From the NCBI GenBank assembly GCA_023247725.1, contig JAHFFW010000010.1:7734-71733 (forward strand): DNA of 64,000 bases, given 5' to 3'. Both the position numbers and the translations under genes were made by a program. This document shows positions 1 to 8,973 of the stretch, one piece after another. Numbering within the stretch: position 1 is the stretch's first letter; each line of letters begins with the position of its first letter. The notes beneath the pieces are model-generated. The model saw only the letters and a list, made by a program, of their open reading frames with translations, was not told the DNA's origin and searched no databases. The DNA is from Candidatus Omnitrophota bacterium. GTDB lineage: Bacteria; Omnitrophota; Gorgyraeia; Zapsychrales; JAHFFX01.

Positions 1-2
1 TG

Positions 3-191
3 CGCGTTCATACCCATCCGGGGGATGTCTGTTACGAACCTTTCAGCGGATCGGGATCGCAGATTATCGCCGGGGAGCGGCTGAACAGACGGGTCTTTGC
101 CATGGAAATCGAACCAGTCTTTTGTGATGTCGCTCTCAAACGTTGGGAGGAGTTCACTGGCAAGAAGGCTTGCTTAGAAACCCGTCTATGA
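3..191 (+). CDS. DNA methyltransferase (N4/N6 family), C-terminal part; 5'-truncated by the window edge
   Basis: Own translation of frame 3: ...PGDVCYEPFSGSGSQIIAGERLNRRVFAMEIEPVFCDVALKRWEEFTGKKA..., with the FxGxG SAM-binding motif. The stop overlaps the next ATG (ATGA). Confidence 0.85.
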   Translation, partial: RVHTHPGDVCYEPFSGSGSQIIAGERLNRRVFAMEIEPVFCDVALKRWEEFTGKKACLETRL

Positions 192-796
192 CCGAACAGA
201 AGAAGAGCCTTGCGGAAATTGCAAAGAAACAACGGTATTTATATCTTGTCGAAAATCTTCAAAAAGGCAGGACGTTAACAAATAGGGAGATTGCGGAACT
301 TGAAAAATTTGAAGCGGAACCGTTGCCCGCAATGGTCGTTAAGACCTACCAGGAAGTGGCCAAGGTCCTGGAGGTTTCCATCAAGACGGTGCAGCGATGG
401 AAGAAGGAGGGGATGCCCGTCACCCAAGACGGCTATTACGATCTCGAGCAGATTAAAGAGTGGCAGATCAAAAGAATCGAAGAAAGCAAAAAATTCGACA
501 AGGAAAGCAAGGCCTACTGGGATCAAAAATTTTTAAGGGGGAAAGTCGAAAAGATTGAATTGGAAATCAAAAAGCTAAGAGAAGAATTAATCCCGAAAGA
601 AGATGTGGAACAGGAACGGGTGGCAAGGATCATGGCGGTCAAGCGGGCCTTTCTGGCACTGCCGACATCGCTGGCGCCGGTTCTGGCCATGAAAGAACCA
701 AGGGAAATTCAAAAAATTCTTTATGAAACGATAGGTGAGATCATCGATGACTTTGCCGGTGTCAGGAAAATCAAAAAGAATAAAAAGAAGAGATAG
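188..796 (+). CDS. Terminase small subunit (Nu1-like HTH)
   Basis: HTH segment YQEVAKVLEVSIKTVQRWKKEGMPV followed by a coiled coil; lies directly upstream of the large terminase; ATG at 188 is coupled to the upstream stop. Confidence 0.85.
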   Translation: MTEQKKSLAEIAKKQRYLYLVENLQKGRTLTNREIAELEKFEAEPLPAMVVKTYQEVAKVLEVSIKTVQRWKKEGMPVTQDGYYDLEQIKEWQIKRIEESKKFDKESKAYWDQKFLRGKVEKIELEIKKLREELIPKEDVEQERVARIMAVKRAFLALPTSLAPVLAMKEPREIQKILYETIGEIIDDFAGVRKIKKNKKKR

Positions 797-2663
797 GAAT
801 CTGTGGACTCCGGCAGAGATTCTGGCATGGAAACGGCCGGAAAAAATGACGGTGAGTCAGTGGGCGGATCAAAACCGGGTTCTTAGCGCGGTCACATCCG
901 CAGAACCGGGGCGATGGAAGACCGGCCGGGTTCCGTATTTGGAAGAAATCATGGACGCCTTTTCCGATCCCTACGTTGAGGAAATTACGGTCATGTCCGC
1001 TTCTCAGGTGGGAAAAACGGAGGCCATGCTGAACATGCTTGGGTATGTCATTGATCAGGATCCGGGACCGACACTTGTCGTCATGCCTCGAGAAGATGAT
1101 GCCAAAGTGATCTCTTATGATCGGGTTCTTCCCATGATTCAAGATTCTTATGCGTTAAGGGAACATTTGCCGGTGTTGTCCGATGATATTAGTAAATTAG
1201 AATATCGATTGAGCAGGATGTTTTTGTATTTTGCCGGTTCGAACAGTCCGGCTGATTTGGCTTCACGGCCGATCAGGTATTTATTTCTGGACGAAATTGA
1301 CAAATATCCCAAGTTTTCCGGCAATGAAGCTGATCCGGTTAAATTGGCCATGGAGCGGCAGAAAACATTTTGGAATAAGAAAACAGTCAAAGTATCAACT
1401 CCCACTACGAGGCAGGGATATATTTTTCGTGAGTTCGAACTTTCGGACAAGAGGCGGTTTTACGTGCCGTGTCCGCATTGCGGGAGATATCAGATCTTGG
1501 TTTTAGGGCAGATTAAATGGCTGGAAGGTAAAGATTCTCCGGAACGGATAAAAAATGAACGGCTGGCCTGGTATGAGTGTTATTACTGCAAGAACCGCAT
1601 CGAGGACTATCACAAAAATAAAATGTTAAATTTTGGCAAATGGGTAGCCGAGGGAGCGCAAATCGACGCAAATGGGAATGTCGGCGGAAGCAAATTTAAG
1701 AGCAAGCACCGGGGGTTTTGGATAACATCGCTTTATTCACCGTGGCTTACGTGGAGCGACATTGCCTGCGAGTTTTTAAGATCAAAAGATTATATCGAGT
1801 TGTTGATGAATTTTGTCAATTCATGGCTGGCGGAGGTATGGGAAGAAAAGGTCAATAAAACAAAACCCGATGAGCTGGCTGAGCTTGCGTTGGATTACTC
1901 CCGGGAGATTGTTCCTGCCGGGGTAAGAGTTTTGACCGCGGGTGTGGACGTACAAAAAGATCATTTCTATTTAAGCATCCGGGGATGGGGTTATAGCCAG
2001 GAATCCTGGCTCATTCTGGCAACGAGGGTCGAGACTTGGGAGGATGTCATCCATGTCATATTTAAGACTCCATATCTCTCGGAAGCAAAGAATACCGCCC
2101 CTTTCCTCGTTAGATTGACCTGCATTGATAGCGGGCATAGGACGTCGGAAGTTTATGAAGTGTGCCGTGAGTGGCGGGACATTGCCCGGCCGATCAAAGG
2201 GCAACAGCATTTAAGCGGCATGCCTTTTAAAGTAAATAATATCGATAAGTTTCCGGAGACCGGACGCATGATCCCGGGAGGAATGTCCTTATGGCATATT
2301 GATACGTCTTATTTTAAAGATAAAGTGACCCGTCTTGTCCAGAACACAAAAATGGGCGGACCCGGCGGGTGGCATTTATACCAAGGCATTCATGCGGAAT
2401 ATCTAAAACAATTCTGCTCCGAGCAGAAAATTATTATTCGCGATCGAAAGAAGGGCAGGGCTACGGAGGAATGGCGGCCGGTTTCGGTTCATGCGGCGAC
2501 TCATTTTCTCGATACGGAGGTGTACGCTACCGCGGCCGCCGAGATGCTGAGACTGTTCTCATTGTTACCCGAAGAAACCAAGCCGGTCAATACCCCCAAA
2601 GAACAGAAACGCGCTGATCCGTGGATTGATGTTGGCGGGGGCTGGAACAGACGTAATGGATAA
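735..2663 (+). CDS. Terminase large subunit, lambda gpA family
   Basis: SQWAD, SAEPGRW, Walker A SASQVGKTE, Walker B FLDEID, VSTPT, VPCPHCG, and GVDVQ in the nuclease domain. Exact start uncertain. Confidence 0.95.
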   Translation: MRSSMTLPVSGKSKRIKRRDRNLWTPAEILAWKRPEKMTVSQWADQNRVLSAVTSAEPGRWKTGRVPYLEEIMDAFSDPYVEEITVMSASQVGKTEAMLNMLGYVIDQDPGPTLVVMPREDDAKVISYDRVLPMIQDSYALREHLPVLSDDISKLEYRLSRMFLYFAGSNSPADLASRPIRYLFLDEIDKYPKFSGNEADPVKLAMERQKTFWNKKTVKVSTPTTRQGYIFREFELSDKRRFYVPCPHCGRYQILVLGQIKWLEGKDSPERIKNERLAWYECYYCKNRIEDYHKNKMLNFGKWVAEGAQIDANGNVGGSKFKSKHRGFWITSLYSPWLTWSDIACEFLRSKDYIELLMNFVNSWLAEVWEEKVNKTKPDELAELALDYSREIVPAGVRVLTAGVDVQKDHFYLSIRGWGYSQESWLILATRVETWEDVIHVIFKTPYLSEAKNTAPFLVRLTCIDSGHRTSEVYEVCREWRDIARPIKGQQHLSGMPFKVNNIDKFPETGRMIPGGMSLWHIDTSYFKDKVTRLVQNTKMGGPGGWHLYQGIHAEYLKQFCSEQKIIIRDRKKGRATEEWRPVSVHAATHFLDTEVYATAAAEMLRLFSLLPEETKPVNTPKEQKRADPWIDVGGGWNRRNG

Positions 2664-2898
2664 ATGGATCAATAAGAAAGGGTGGCTCGATGGATACGTT
2701 GATCCAATTAAACGGAAAGAAGAAACACCACAGGAACCGCCACGCGGCCGAGGGAATGTCACGGTACATGTCCCGTTGAAATGCCCGGGATGTCGTTCCC
2801 GGAAGGTCAGATGTTACGGGGCCGACAGGCCTGTTTTGTATTATAAATGCATGGATTGTATGCTCAAATTTAAGGTCATTGAAAAGGAGGATTATTAA
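2656..2898 (+). CDS. Small Zn-ribbon protein, Ogr/Delta-like
   Basis: CPGCRS...YYKCMDC four-Cys pattern; start at 2656 overlaps the terminase stop. Confidence 0.6.
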   Translation: MDKWINKKGWLDGYVDPIKRKEETPQEPPRGRGNVTVHVPLKCPGCRSRKVRCYGADRPVLYYKCMDCMLKFKVIEKEDY

Positions 2899-2928
2899 AA
2901 GAATTTTCAGTATTTCTGAACCAGTTTA

Positions 2929-2958
2929 TTGACTTTGTATTCTTATTGATGATAGGTT
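2929..2958 (+). promoter_or_regulatory. Putative sigma70-type promoter (TTGACT, then TGn-TAGGTT)
   Basis: -35 TTGACT at 2929-2934; extended -10 TGA-TAGGTT at 2950-2958; 18-bp spacer; AT-rich intergenic DNA. Confidence 0.4.
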
Positions 2959-2999
2959 GAGATTGTAAATAAATTTAGGGGGACGCCTCTAAATTTACC

Positions 3000-3049
3000 A
3001 AGCGGCAGTTCAGGTGCCTGAACCACTTGACTGCCGCTTTTTCTTTTTT
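3000..3049 (+). terminator. Intrinsic terminator-like hairpin with U-tract
   Basis: AAGCGGCAG (3000-3008) pairs with CTGCCGCTT (3031-3039), with inner stem TCAGGTG/CACTTGA, followed by TTTCTTTTTT. Confidence 0.65.
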
Positions 3050-3077
3050 GGGCAGAAAAGCTGAAGGAGGGAGAAAC

Positions 3078-3533
3078 ATGCGACGTGCCATTTTCATGGG
3101 TTTGATTTTGGTGTTTTTTCTTTGCGGTCAAGCCTTCGCGCAGTGCGTTTGGAAGATTCAGTCCGTTGAGCAGGACCCGGACAGAGGATCGATCCTGGTC
3201 GTGACCCAGTATACGCTCAATGGTCAGGTGGCGCAGGTCGGGCATACGCGTTATGACGAGCAGAGCGGAGGTTTGGCAGACATCAAACTATTGATTCAAA
3301 AGGATCTTCAAGATCATTGTGCGGCTTTAATCCGCAGGATCCCGGAGAACGATGATTTTATACAGCTGGAAACCTTAAAGGCGCAGAAAGAATTGACCCA
3401 GCCGTTAATCCAGGCGCTTCAAACGGAAGCTGGGAAATCAGAATCAGTCAAACAGTCAGTCATTATCTGGAAGAGCAAGACAATAACGGTTACCGATGAC
3501 AGCAAGAATTCAATATCTAATATTATTCCTTAG
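3078..3533 (+). CDS. Hypothetical protein with Sec signal peptide
   Basis: SD GGAGG upstream; N-terminus MRRAIFMGLILVFFLCGQAFA ending in an AxA cleavage motif. Confidence 0.75.
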   Translation: MRRAIFMGLILVFFLCGQAFAQCVWKIQSVEQDPDRGSILVVTQYTLNGQVAQVGHTRYDEQSGGLADIKLLIQKDLQDHCAALIRRIPENDDFIQLETLKAQKELTQPLIQALQTEAGKSESVKQSVIIWKSKTITVTDDSKNSISNIIP

Positions 3534-4323
3534 CCTGATTTTTGTTTCTCCAGCTTTCGGGGCAACGGATTGGACAGCAAACGCCAATACCAGGATAGCC
3601 CATAAGTTCGAAGAAACTTCCGGCAATTACCTGGATTCTTCGTCAAACGGGAATAACGGCATTATCGAGGGCTCTGTTACGAGAGGGTCTACCGGCAAAT
3701 TTGGTTCTTTGGCAGTTCAATTTACTGAAATTAATAATGCCGCCGTCCGCATTAATTCCTCCACGTCCTTAAACAATATCGATCCCATAACGGTTTGTGT
3801 TTGGGCTAACAACAATAGCGACGGGCAAAATAGCGTAAATACTTCGGATGCAGGATATGTCATCGAAAAGAATATTCGTTCTTGGATGCTCGCGCTAAAG
3901 CAAACCAATAAATTGAGATGGCTGGTTCATTATTCCGGCGGCAATACGCCTTGGGATACTTCTAATGCGGTTGTCGGCTACGGAACTTTCGAGCATTATG
4001 CGGTGGCTCACCAAAGAAGCGCTGGCGCCTCCCCTAAGCCGGTCATGTATGTCAACGGTGTTTCCGTAAGTTTGACCTCACCAAGTCCGTTTGGAACCAT
4101 TGATAACGATGCGGGGTCGCACATATATATCGGCATTTCAACCACAGGTGGTGTCAATGAGGCAGACGCCATATATGACGAGTTGTTGGTAAACGCGGCC
4201 ATACTGACGGCGACGGACATTAATGAGGTCATGGATTGCGGGCTGGATGGTTTGCAGTGCGCAGGGGCAACCTATTCGGGACGAGGATTAGGCCGCGGTT
4301 TTGGAAGAGGGATTGTGCGATGA
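3496..4323 (+). CDS. LamG/concanavalin-A-like lectin-fold protein with signal peptide
   Basis: Signal peptide ending ...VSPAFG; LamG hallmarks KFEETSG..DSSSNGNNG, ITVCVW, FEHYAV, MYVNG, IYIG, IYDELLV..LTATDI. Confidence 0.8.
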   Translation: MTARIQYLILFLSLIFVSPAFGATDWTANANTRIAHKFEETSGNYLDSSSNGNNGIIEGSVTRGSTGKFGSLAVQFTEINNAAVRINSSTSLNNIDPITVCVWANNNSDGQNSVNTSDAGYVIEKNIRSWMLALKQTNKLRWLVHYSGGNTPWDTSNAVVGYGTFEHYAVAHQRSAGASPKPVMYVNGVSVSLTSPSPFGTIDNDAGSHIYIGISTTGGVNEADAIYDELLVNAAILTATDINEVMDCGLDGLQCAGATYSGRGLGRGFGRGIVR

Positions 4324-6749
4324 GAAAAATATTGATTCTGGTTTTGGCGATTCTTTTATTCCCTTTGCCGGTGTACGCCGTTGAAATGGTCCGACAGAAA
4401 AATCAGGCTACCTACATCATGTTTCCGATTGTGGATGCCGATGGCGATGCGGTTTCCGCAGCTGCGGGACTGGACAGCGAAATCGATACCTGGTCCGATG
4501 GGACGGCTCCCAACGGCTTTGTGGACTGCACGAATGAAGCCACCGAGGTGGGGACTAACGGCGTTTATTATTTGAGCCTTACCGCGGCGGAGATGAACGT
4601 CGACTATATCTACATTCAGGTTAAAACCACAACTACCGGAGCCAAGACACAGCACATTTTAATCCGTACCCTTGTTGGGGATCCGCTGAATCTGGCCACC
4701 ACAGACGACGGCAGTGCGATTAACGTGACGTCCGGAGCCGTCGATACGGTTGCCAGCGTTTCCAACGATGTGGGAATTTCTCAAGCCGGCGCCGATAAGG
4801 TTTGGTCAACCACAACCAGAGCACTGACGGATAAAACCGGTTTCCGGTTATCAGCCTTAGGTGTTGACGATATCTGGGACGAATTGACGTCCGGCCACAC
4901 CACGGCAGGCAGTTACGGGAAGCTATTAACGGATAATATTGACGCTACGATCAGCAGCCGGTCGAGCCATGCGGCCGCGGACGTGTGGTCGGTAGGCACT
5001 CGCACCATCACCGGCGGCACCATTGACATCAATAATGACAAGTCCGGTTACAGTTTAACGCAAGGATTTCCAACAAACTTTTCTTCATTGGCAATTACCG
5101 TTGGCGGGGCCGTAACAGTTGGCACCAACAACGATAAGACCGGGTACACGGTTTCAACGGTTCAGGACAAGACGGGATATTCTTTGACGCAGGCCTTCCC
5201 GAGTAATTTTTCATCGCTGGCAATCACAGCGGGCGGGGCAGTGACAGCCGGGACCGTCAACGATAAGGCAGGATATTCTCTTTCTGCTTCCGGCATTGAT
5301 TCAATTTGGGATGAGTTGACCACCGGCCACACGACCACGGGTAGTTACGGGAAGTTGTTGACCGACAATATCGATGCGGCGATTTCCAGCCGGTCGACTT
5401 ATTCCGGCGGCGCGGTCGCCTCCGTTACCGGAAATGTCGGAGGGACAGTCAACGGATTAACGGCCACGGCCAAGACCGACGTTGAGAATGCGGTCTGGGA
5501 AGCAGCCGCATCAAGTCATAACAATGCCGGAACCATGGGCAATAAACTTAATTCGGCCGGAGATCCTTGGAACACCGCATTGCCCGGTTCATACGGTGCA
5601 GGAACGGCCGGGTATATCTTGGGAACGAATCTAAATGCGACCGTGGGCAGCCGTTCGACTTTAACCGCCGCGAATGTTTGGGATACAGACCTCTCCGGAT
5701 ATTCGACAGCGAATCTGGCCGGTACGCTTCTTAAGGGTGCCGGATCCGCGGGCGATCCCTGGTCAACGACGATCCCCGGAGCGTATGGAGCTGGAACAGC
5801 CGGTTACATTGTTGGCAACAATCTTAACGCGACCGTGGCCTCAAGAAGTTCTCACAGCGCCTCGGATGTTTGGGCTGTGGGGACCCGGACGGTTACTGGC
5901 GGCACGGTTAGCAACGTCACCAATGGTGTCACCGTTTTAACGAACAACGATAAAACCGGATACAGCTTAACGCAGGCCTTTCCCACCAATTTTTCAGCCC
6001 TTTCGATTGATGTCAGCGGCCGCATGGACCTTGGAAAATGGGTTGGCAATGCGCCGAACGCGCTCATTTCAGGGCGCGTAGATTCTAACGCCCAGGTCGT
6101 GGGCGATAAGTCAGGATATAGTTTAATCCAATCGTTTCCGTCCAACTTTTCCAGTCTTGCCATCACTGCCGGTGGAGCGGTCACGGTCGGAACGAATAAC
6201 GACAAGACTGGTTATGCTCTGACTTCTACACAAGAAGATGCGATTGTCGATAAAGTCTGGGATGAATTAAGGAGTGCTCACGTTACAAGCGGATCCTTCG
6301 GCCAAGGCGTGGCATCAATACAAGGCAATGTGACAGGGAGCGTCAACAGCGTTACATCGGGGGTTACGGTTTCAACAAACAACGATAAATCGGGATACCG
6401 TTTAAGCGCATCAGGCGTGGATGACATTTGGGATGAACCTCAGAGCGGTCATACCGGCGCGGGGACCTTCGGGAAATATCTGGATGTTCAATTGTCATCG
6501 ATTACAGCGCCTTCAGCGGCGACCATCGCAAGTGCTGTCTGGGAAGAAACGTCGAACCATGTGACTGACGGGACGATGGGCAAGAAATTAAACGACGCCG
6601 CGTTAGCAGGGGATCCTTGGGCGGCAGCTGGCATTTGTGATGGGTTAACCGCCGGGCAATGTTTGAGCGGTATTAAAGATGCAACGGACGGTGATAAAGA
6701 AGGCTCTGACTATACGGGCATCGAGAAGGCCATCCGTGCGCAGAGGTAA
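4320..6749 (+). CDS. Large repetitive Gly/Thr/Ser/Ala-rich protein with signal peptide (putative fibre, decoration or surface protein)
   Basis: MRKILILVLAILLFPLPVYA signal; internal repeats NNDKTGYSLTQAFPxNFSSLAITxGGAVT, WDELTxGHTTxGSYGKLLTDNIDA and AGDPW...YGAGTAGYI. Confidence 0.75.
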   Translation: MRKILILVLAILLFPLPVYAVEMVRQKNQATYIMFPIVDADGDAVSAAAGLDSEIDTWSDGTAPNGFVDCTNEATEVGTNGVYYLSLTAAEMNVDYIYIQVKTTTTGAKTQHILIRTLVGDPLNLATTDDGSAINVTSGAVDTVASVSNDVGISQAGADKVWSTTTRALTDKTGFRLSALGVDDIWDELTSGHTTAGSYGKLLTDNIDATISSRSSHAAADVWSVGTRTITGGTIDINNDKSGYSLTQGFPTNFSSLAITVGGAVTVGTNNDKTGYTVSTVQDKTGYSLTQAFPSNFSSLAITAGGAVTAGTVNDKAGYSLSASGIDSIWDELTTGHTTTGSYGKLLTDNIDAAISSRSTYSGGAVASVTGNVGGTVNGLTATAKTDVENAVWEAAASSHNNAGTMGNKLNSAGDPWNTALPGSYGAGTAGYILGTNLNATVGSRSTLTAANVWDTDLSGYSTANLAGTLLKGAGSAGDPWSTTIPGAYGAGTAGYIVGNNLNATVASRSSHSASDVWAVGTRTVTGGTVSNVTNGVTVLTNNDKTGYSLTQAFPTNFSALSIDVSGRMDLGKWVGNAPNALISGRVDSNAQVVGDKSGYSLIQSFPSNFSSLAITAGGAVTVGTNNDKTGYALTSTQEDAIVDKVWDELRSAHVTSGSFGQGVASIQGNVTGSVNSVTSGVTVSTNNDKSGYRLSASGVDDIWDEPQSGHTGAGTFGKYLDVQLSSITAPSAATIASAVWEETSNHVTDGTMGKKLNDAALAGDPWAAAGICDGLTAGQCLSGIKDATDGDKEGSDYTGIEKAIRAQR

Positions 6750-6751
6750 GT

Positions 6752-7255
6752 ATGGATTACATCCAGGTCAATAAAGTTCATACGGAAGTGGTTGGTATCC
6801 CCGAATCAAATAGCGGGCATACCGTCACGTTCCAAGTTTATAAGGCCAGCGATAATTCTTTGTTTGCGTCCGGAGCGGCGGTTTATGTCGGCGGATTGAA
6901 TTGGAAAATAAGTTTCATGCCGACTTCTTTGGATGTCTATGCCGTTGATGTTCATAACCTAGACTTGGATGTCACGTATTCCAGGAGTGTTCAAGCAGTT
7001 AGCAGCGTCACTTTATCCCAGCCGGTAGGTGATGAGGAAACGACACCTACAATAAATGAGTTGATTGAATTGATCGATAAAGCCATTGCGGCGAGATTAC
7101 GTGGCGGGGCGGCGCAGTCCTATTCCATCGGCGGACGCAATTTGCAGTATATGACGTTGTCCGAACTTAGAAGCTTACGTGCCGAATTAAATAAACAATT
7201 GGCCGCCCAGAAAGGCGGCGGACGAAATTATGCAAAGTTTGTCGACCCAGACTAA
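6752..7255 (+). CDS. gpW-like head completion protein with an extra N-terminal beta-rich domain
   Basis: C-terminal IDKAIAARLRGGAAQSYSIGGRNLQYMTLSELRSLRAEL is gpW-like; position just before the portal. Confidence 0.75.
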   Translation: MDYIQVNKVHTEVVGIPESNSGHTVTFQVYKASDNSLFASGAAVYVGGLNWKISFMPTSLDVYAVDVHNLDLDVTYSRSVQAVSSVTLSQPVGDEETTPTINELIELIDKAIAARLRGGAAQSYSIGGRNLQYMTLSELRSLRAELNKQLAAQKGGGRNYAKFVDPD

Positions 7256-8852
7256 AAAAACATTTGCGGACAGGGTGGATGATTTCATCGGAGTCTTTTC
7301 ACCCTATGCGGCGGCCAAACGCAAATATTTTCGTTTTTTGACAAGTTCGCTTTTGAGCGCTTACCGGGGAGCCGATATCGGCCGCTTGCGAGGATCATGG
7401 ATCCCGGGCGGCGGGTCAGCTGATTCCGATTTACATCCTGATCTTTCAAAACTGCGTGAACGCAGCCGGGACCTGATTCGCAATGACGGCATTGCCTCAG
7501 GGGCAATCGATACGGTTATCACCAACATCATTGGATCGGGCATTCAGATGCAGAGCCGCATCGATAAAGATACGTTGGCCGTTGGCGAGGAAATTGCCGA
7601 CAAACTTCAAAATCAGATCGAACACATCTGGGACCGATGGGTGCCCCATGCGGACGCCGGAAACAGGTTGAGCTTTTATGGGCTGGAGGAATTATCGGAG
7701 CGGCAAAGGTTCATTAACGGCGAATCGATCATTGTTCCGCTACGCATCGCCAACTCAAAAAAGAAAAGACCATATTCGCTGGCTTTACAGACGATCGAAT
7801 CCGACAGGCTGGATACACCGAGCGATTTAAGATCCAACAAAAACATTCGGGCCGGTGTGGAGGTCGGTGAGTACGGGGAACCTGTCGCCTATTACATTCG
7901 CAAGAACCACCCGGGAGATTTTCTCTATGGCCGCCGGTACGGCAATTCCAGCGAGAATTTCATCAAGTATCCGGCCTTAAACGATCTGGGAGATCCCAAC
8001 GTTTTTCATTTGTACCATGTGAAACGATCCGGGCAGACACGGGGGGAACCGTTTTTCTCACCCGTATTGAATATGTTTAAAGATCGCGTGGATTACATGG
8101 AAGCGGAAATCGTGGCCGCGCGCGTGGCGGCGTGCTTTGCGATCTTCATCAAGAAAACAAATTCTTACGAAGTCAGCCTGGCGAGGTCGAAATCCGAAAG
8201 CAACAAGCGCGTCGAAGAATTAAGCCCGGCGATGATCGAGTATTTGAACGAGAACGAAGAAATCCAGCCGTTTAATCCGAATCGTCCTGGCGGGACCTTC
8301 GGGATATTCATGGAACGGGTCCTTCGCGACATATCCGCCGGGTTAAACATCCCTTACGAGATTCTGGCCAAAGATTTTTCAAGGTCGAATTATTCCAATA
8401 CCCGGGCGGCCTTACTGGAAGCGCGTAGGTTTTTCATGATGCAACAGCGTTTTGTTTCAGAGAATCTTTGTCAGCATATTTTGGTCATGCTTTTGGAGGA
8501 GGCCTATTTAAAAGGTGAACTGTCGATTCTAGACTTTTATCAGAACCGGGATGCTTACGTGCGGACCCGCTGGATTGCCCCGGGGTGGCAGTGGGTGGAT
8601 CCGGAAAATGAGGTCAAGGCTTCTGTGGATGCCGTGGACAACAACCTCTCGACTCTGGCTGAGGAGGCAGCCGCCCAGGGGCAGGACTGGGAAGAAAATT
8701 TGGAACAACGAGCCAGAGAACTCAAAAAGATTAAGGATTTGGAACAGAAATACGGCGTTGATATGACCGTTGATAAAGAAAAGAAACCGGAGAGAGTGAC
8801 GGATGGCAAAAAGCCGGAACCTCAAGGGCAAAGCGCCCCGCAGGAAAACTAA
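7230..8852 (+). CDS. Portal protein, lambda family
   Basis: LRERSRDLIRND, GVEVGEYGEPVAY, GQTRGEP, SNYSNTRAALLE, WQWVDP.KE motifs. Confidence 0.95.
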   Translation: MQSLSTQTKKTFADRVDDFIGVFSPYAAAKRKYFRFLTSSLLSAYRGADIGRLRGSWIPGGGSADSDLHPDLSKLRERSRDLIRNDGIASGAIDTVITNIIGSGIQMQSRIDKDTLAVGEEIADKLQNQIEHIWDRWVPHADAGNRLSFYGLEELSERQRFINGESIIVPLRIANSKKKRPYSLALQTIESDRLDTPSDLRSNKNIRAGVEVGEYGEPVAYYIRKNHPGDFLYGRRYGNSSENFIKYPALNDLGDPNVFHLYHVKRSGQTRGEPFFSPVLNMFKDRVDYMEAEIVAARVAACFAIFIKKTNSYEVSLARSKSESNKRVEELSPAMIEYLNENEEIQPFNPNRPGGTFGIFMERVLRDISAGLNIPYEILAKDFSRSNYSNTRAALLEARRFFMMQQRFVSENLCQHILVMLLEEAYLKGELSILDFYQNRDAYVRTRWIAPGWQWVDPENEVKASVDAVDNNLSTLAEEAAAQGQDWEENLEQRARELKKIKDLEQKYGVDMTVDKEKKPERVTDGKKPEPQGQSAPQEN

Positions 8853-8973
8853 AGTCCGAACGATATCGTTGGTGAGGCCAGAGTGCATGGAAATAGCCAA
8901 GCATATCGAAATCAGAACTTCAGAAGAAGAGGATGACCATGAGCAAAATTTTAATCGAAGAAGACAGGCTTGA
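8803..8973 (+). CDS. Small hypothetical ORF (56 aa) bridging portal and protease; not in the ORF track
   Basis: Own translation MAKSRNLKGKAPRRKTKVRTISLVRPECMEIAKHIEIRTSEEEDDHEQNFNRRRQA; GGAGAG upstream; overlaps both neighbours. Confidence 0.35.
   Translation: MAKSRNLKGKAPRRKTKVRTISLVRPECMEIAKHIEIRTSEEEDDHEQNFNRRRQA

Noticed and set aside
4860-6480. CRISPR-like or tandem DNA repeat array
   Set aside because: The repeats are in-frame protein repeats with synonymous divergence and irregular spacing.
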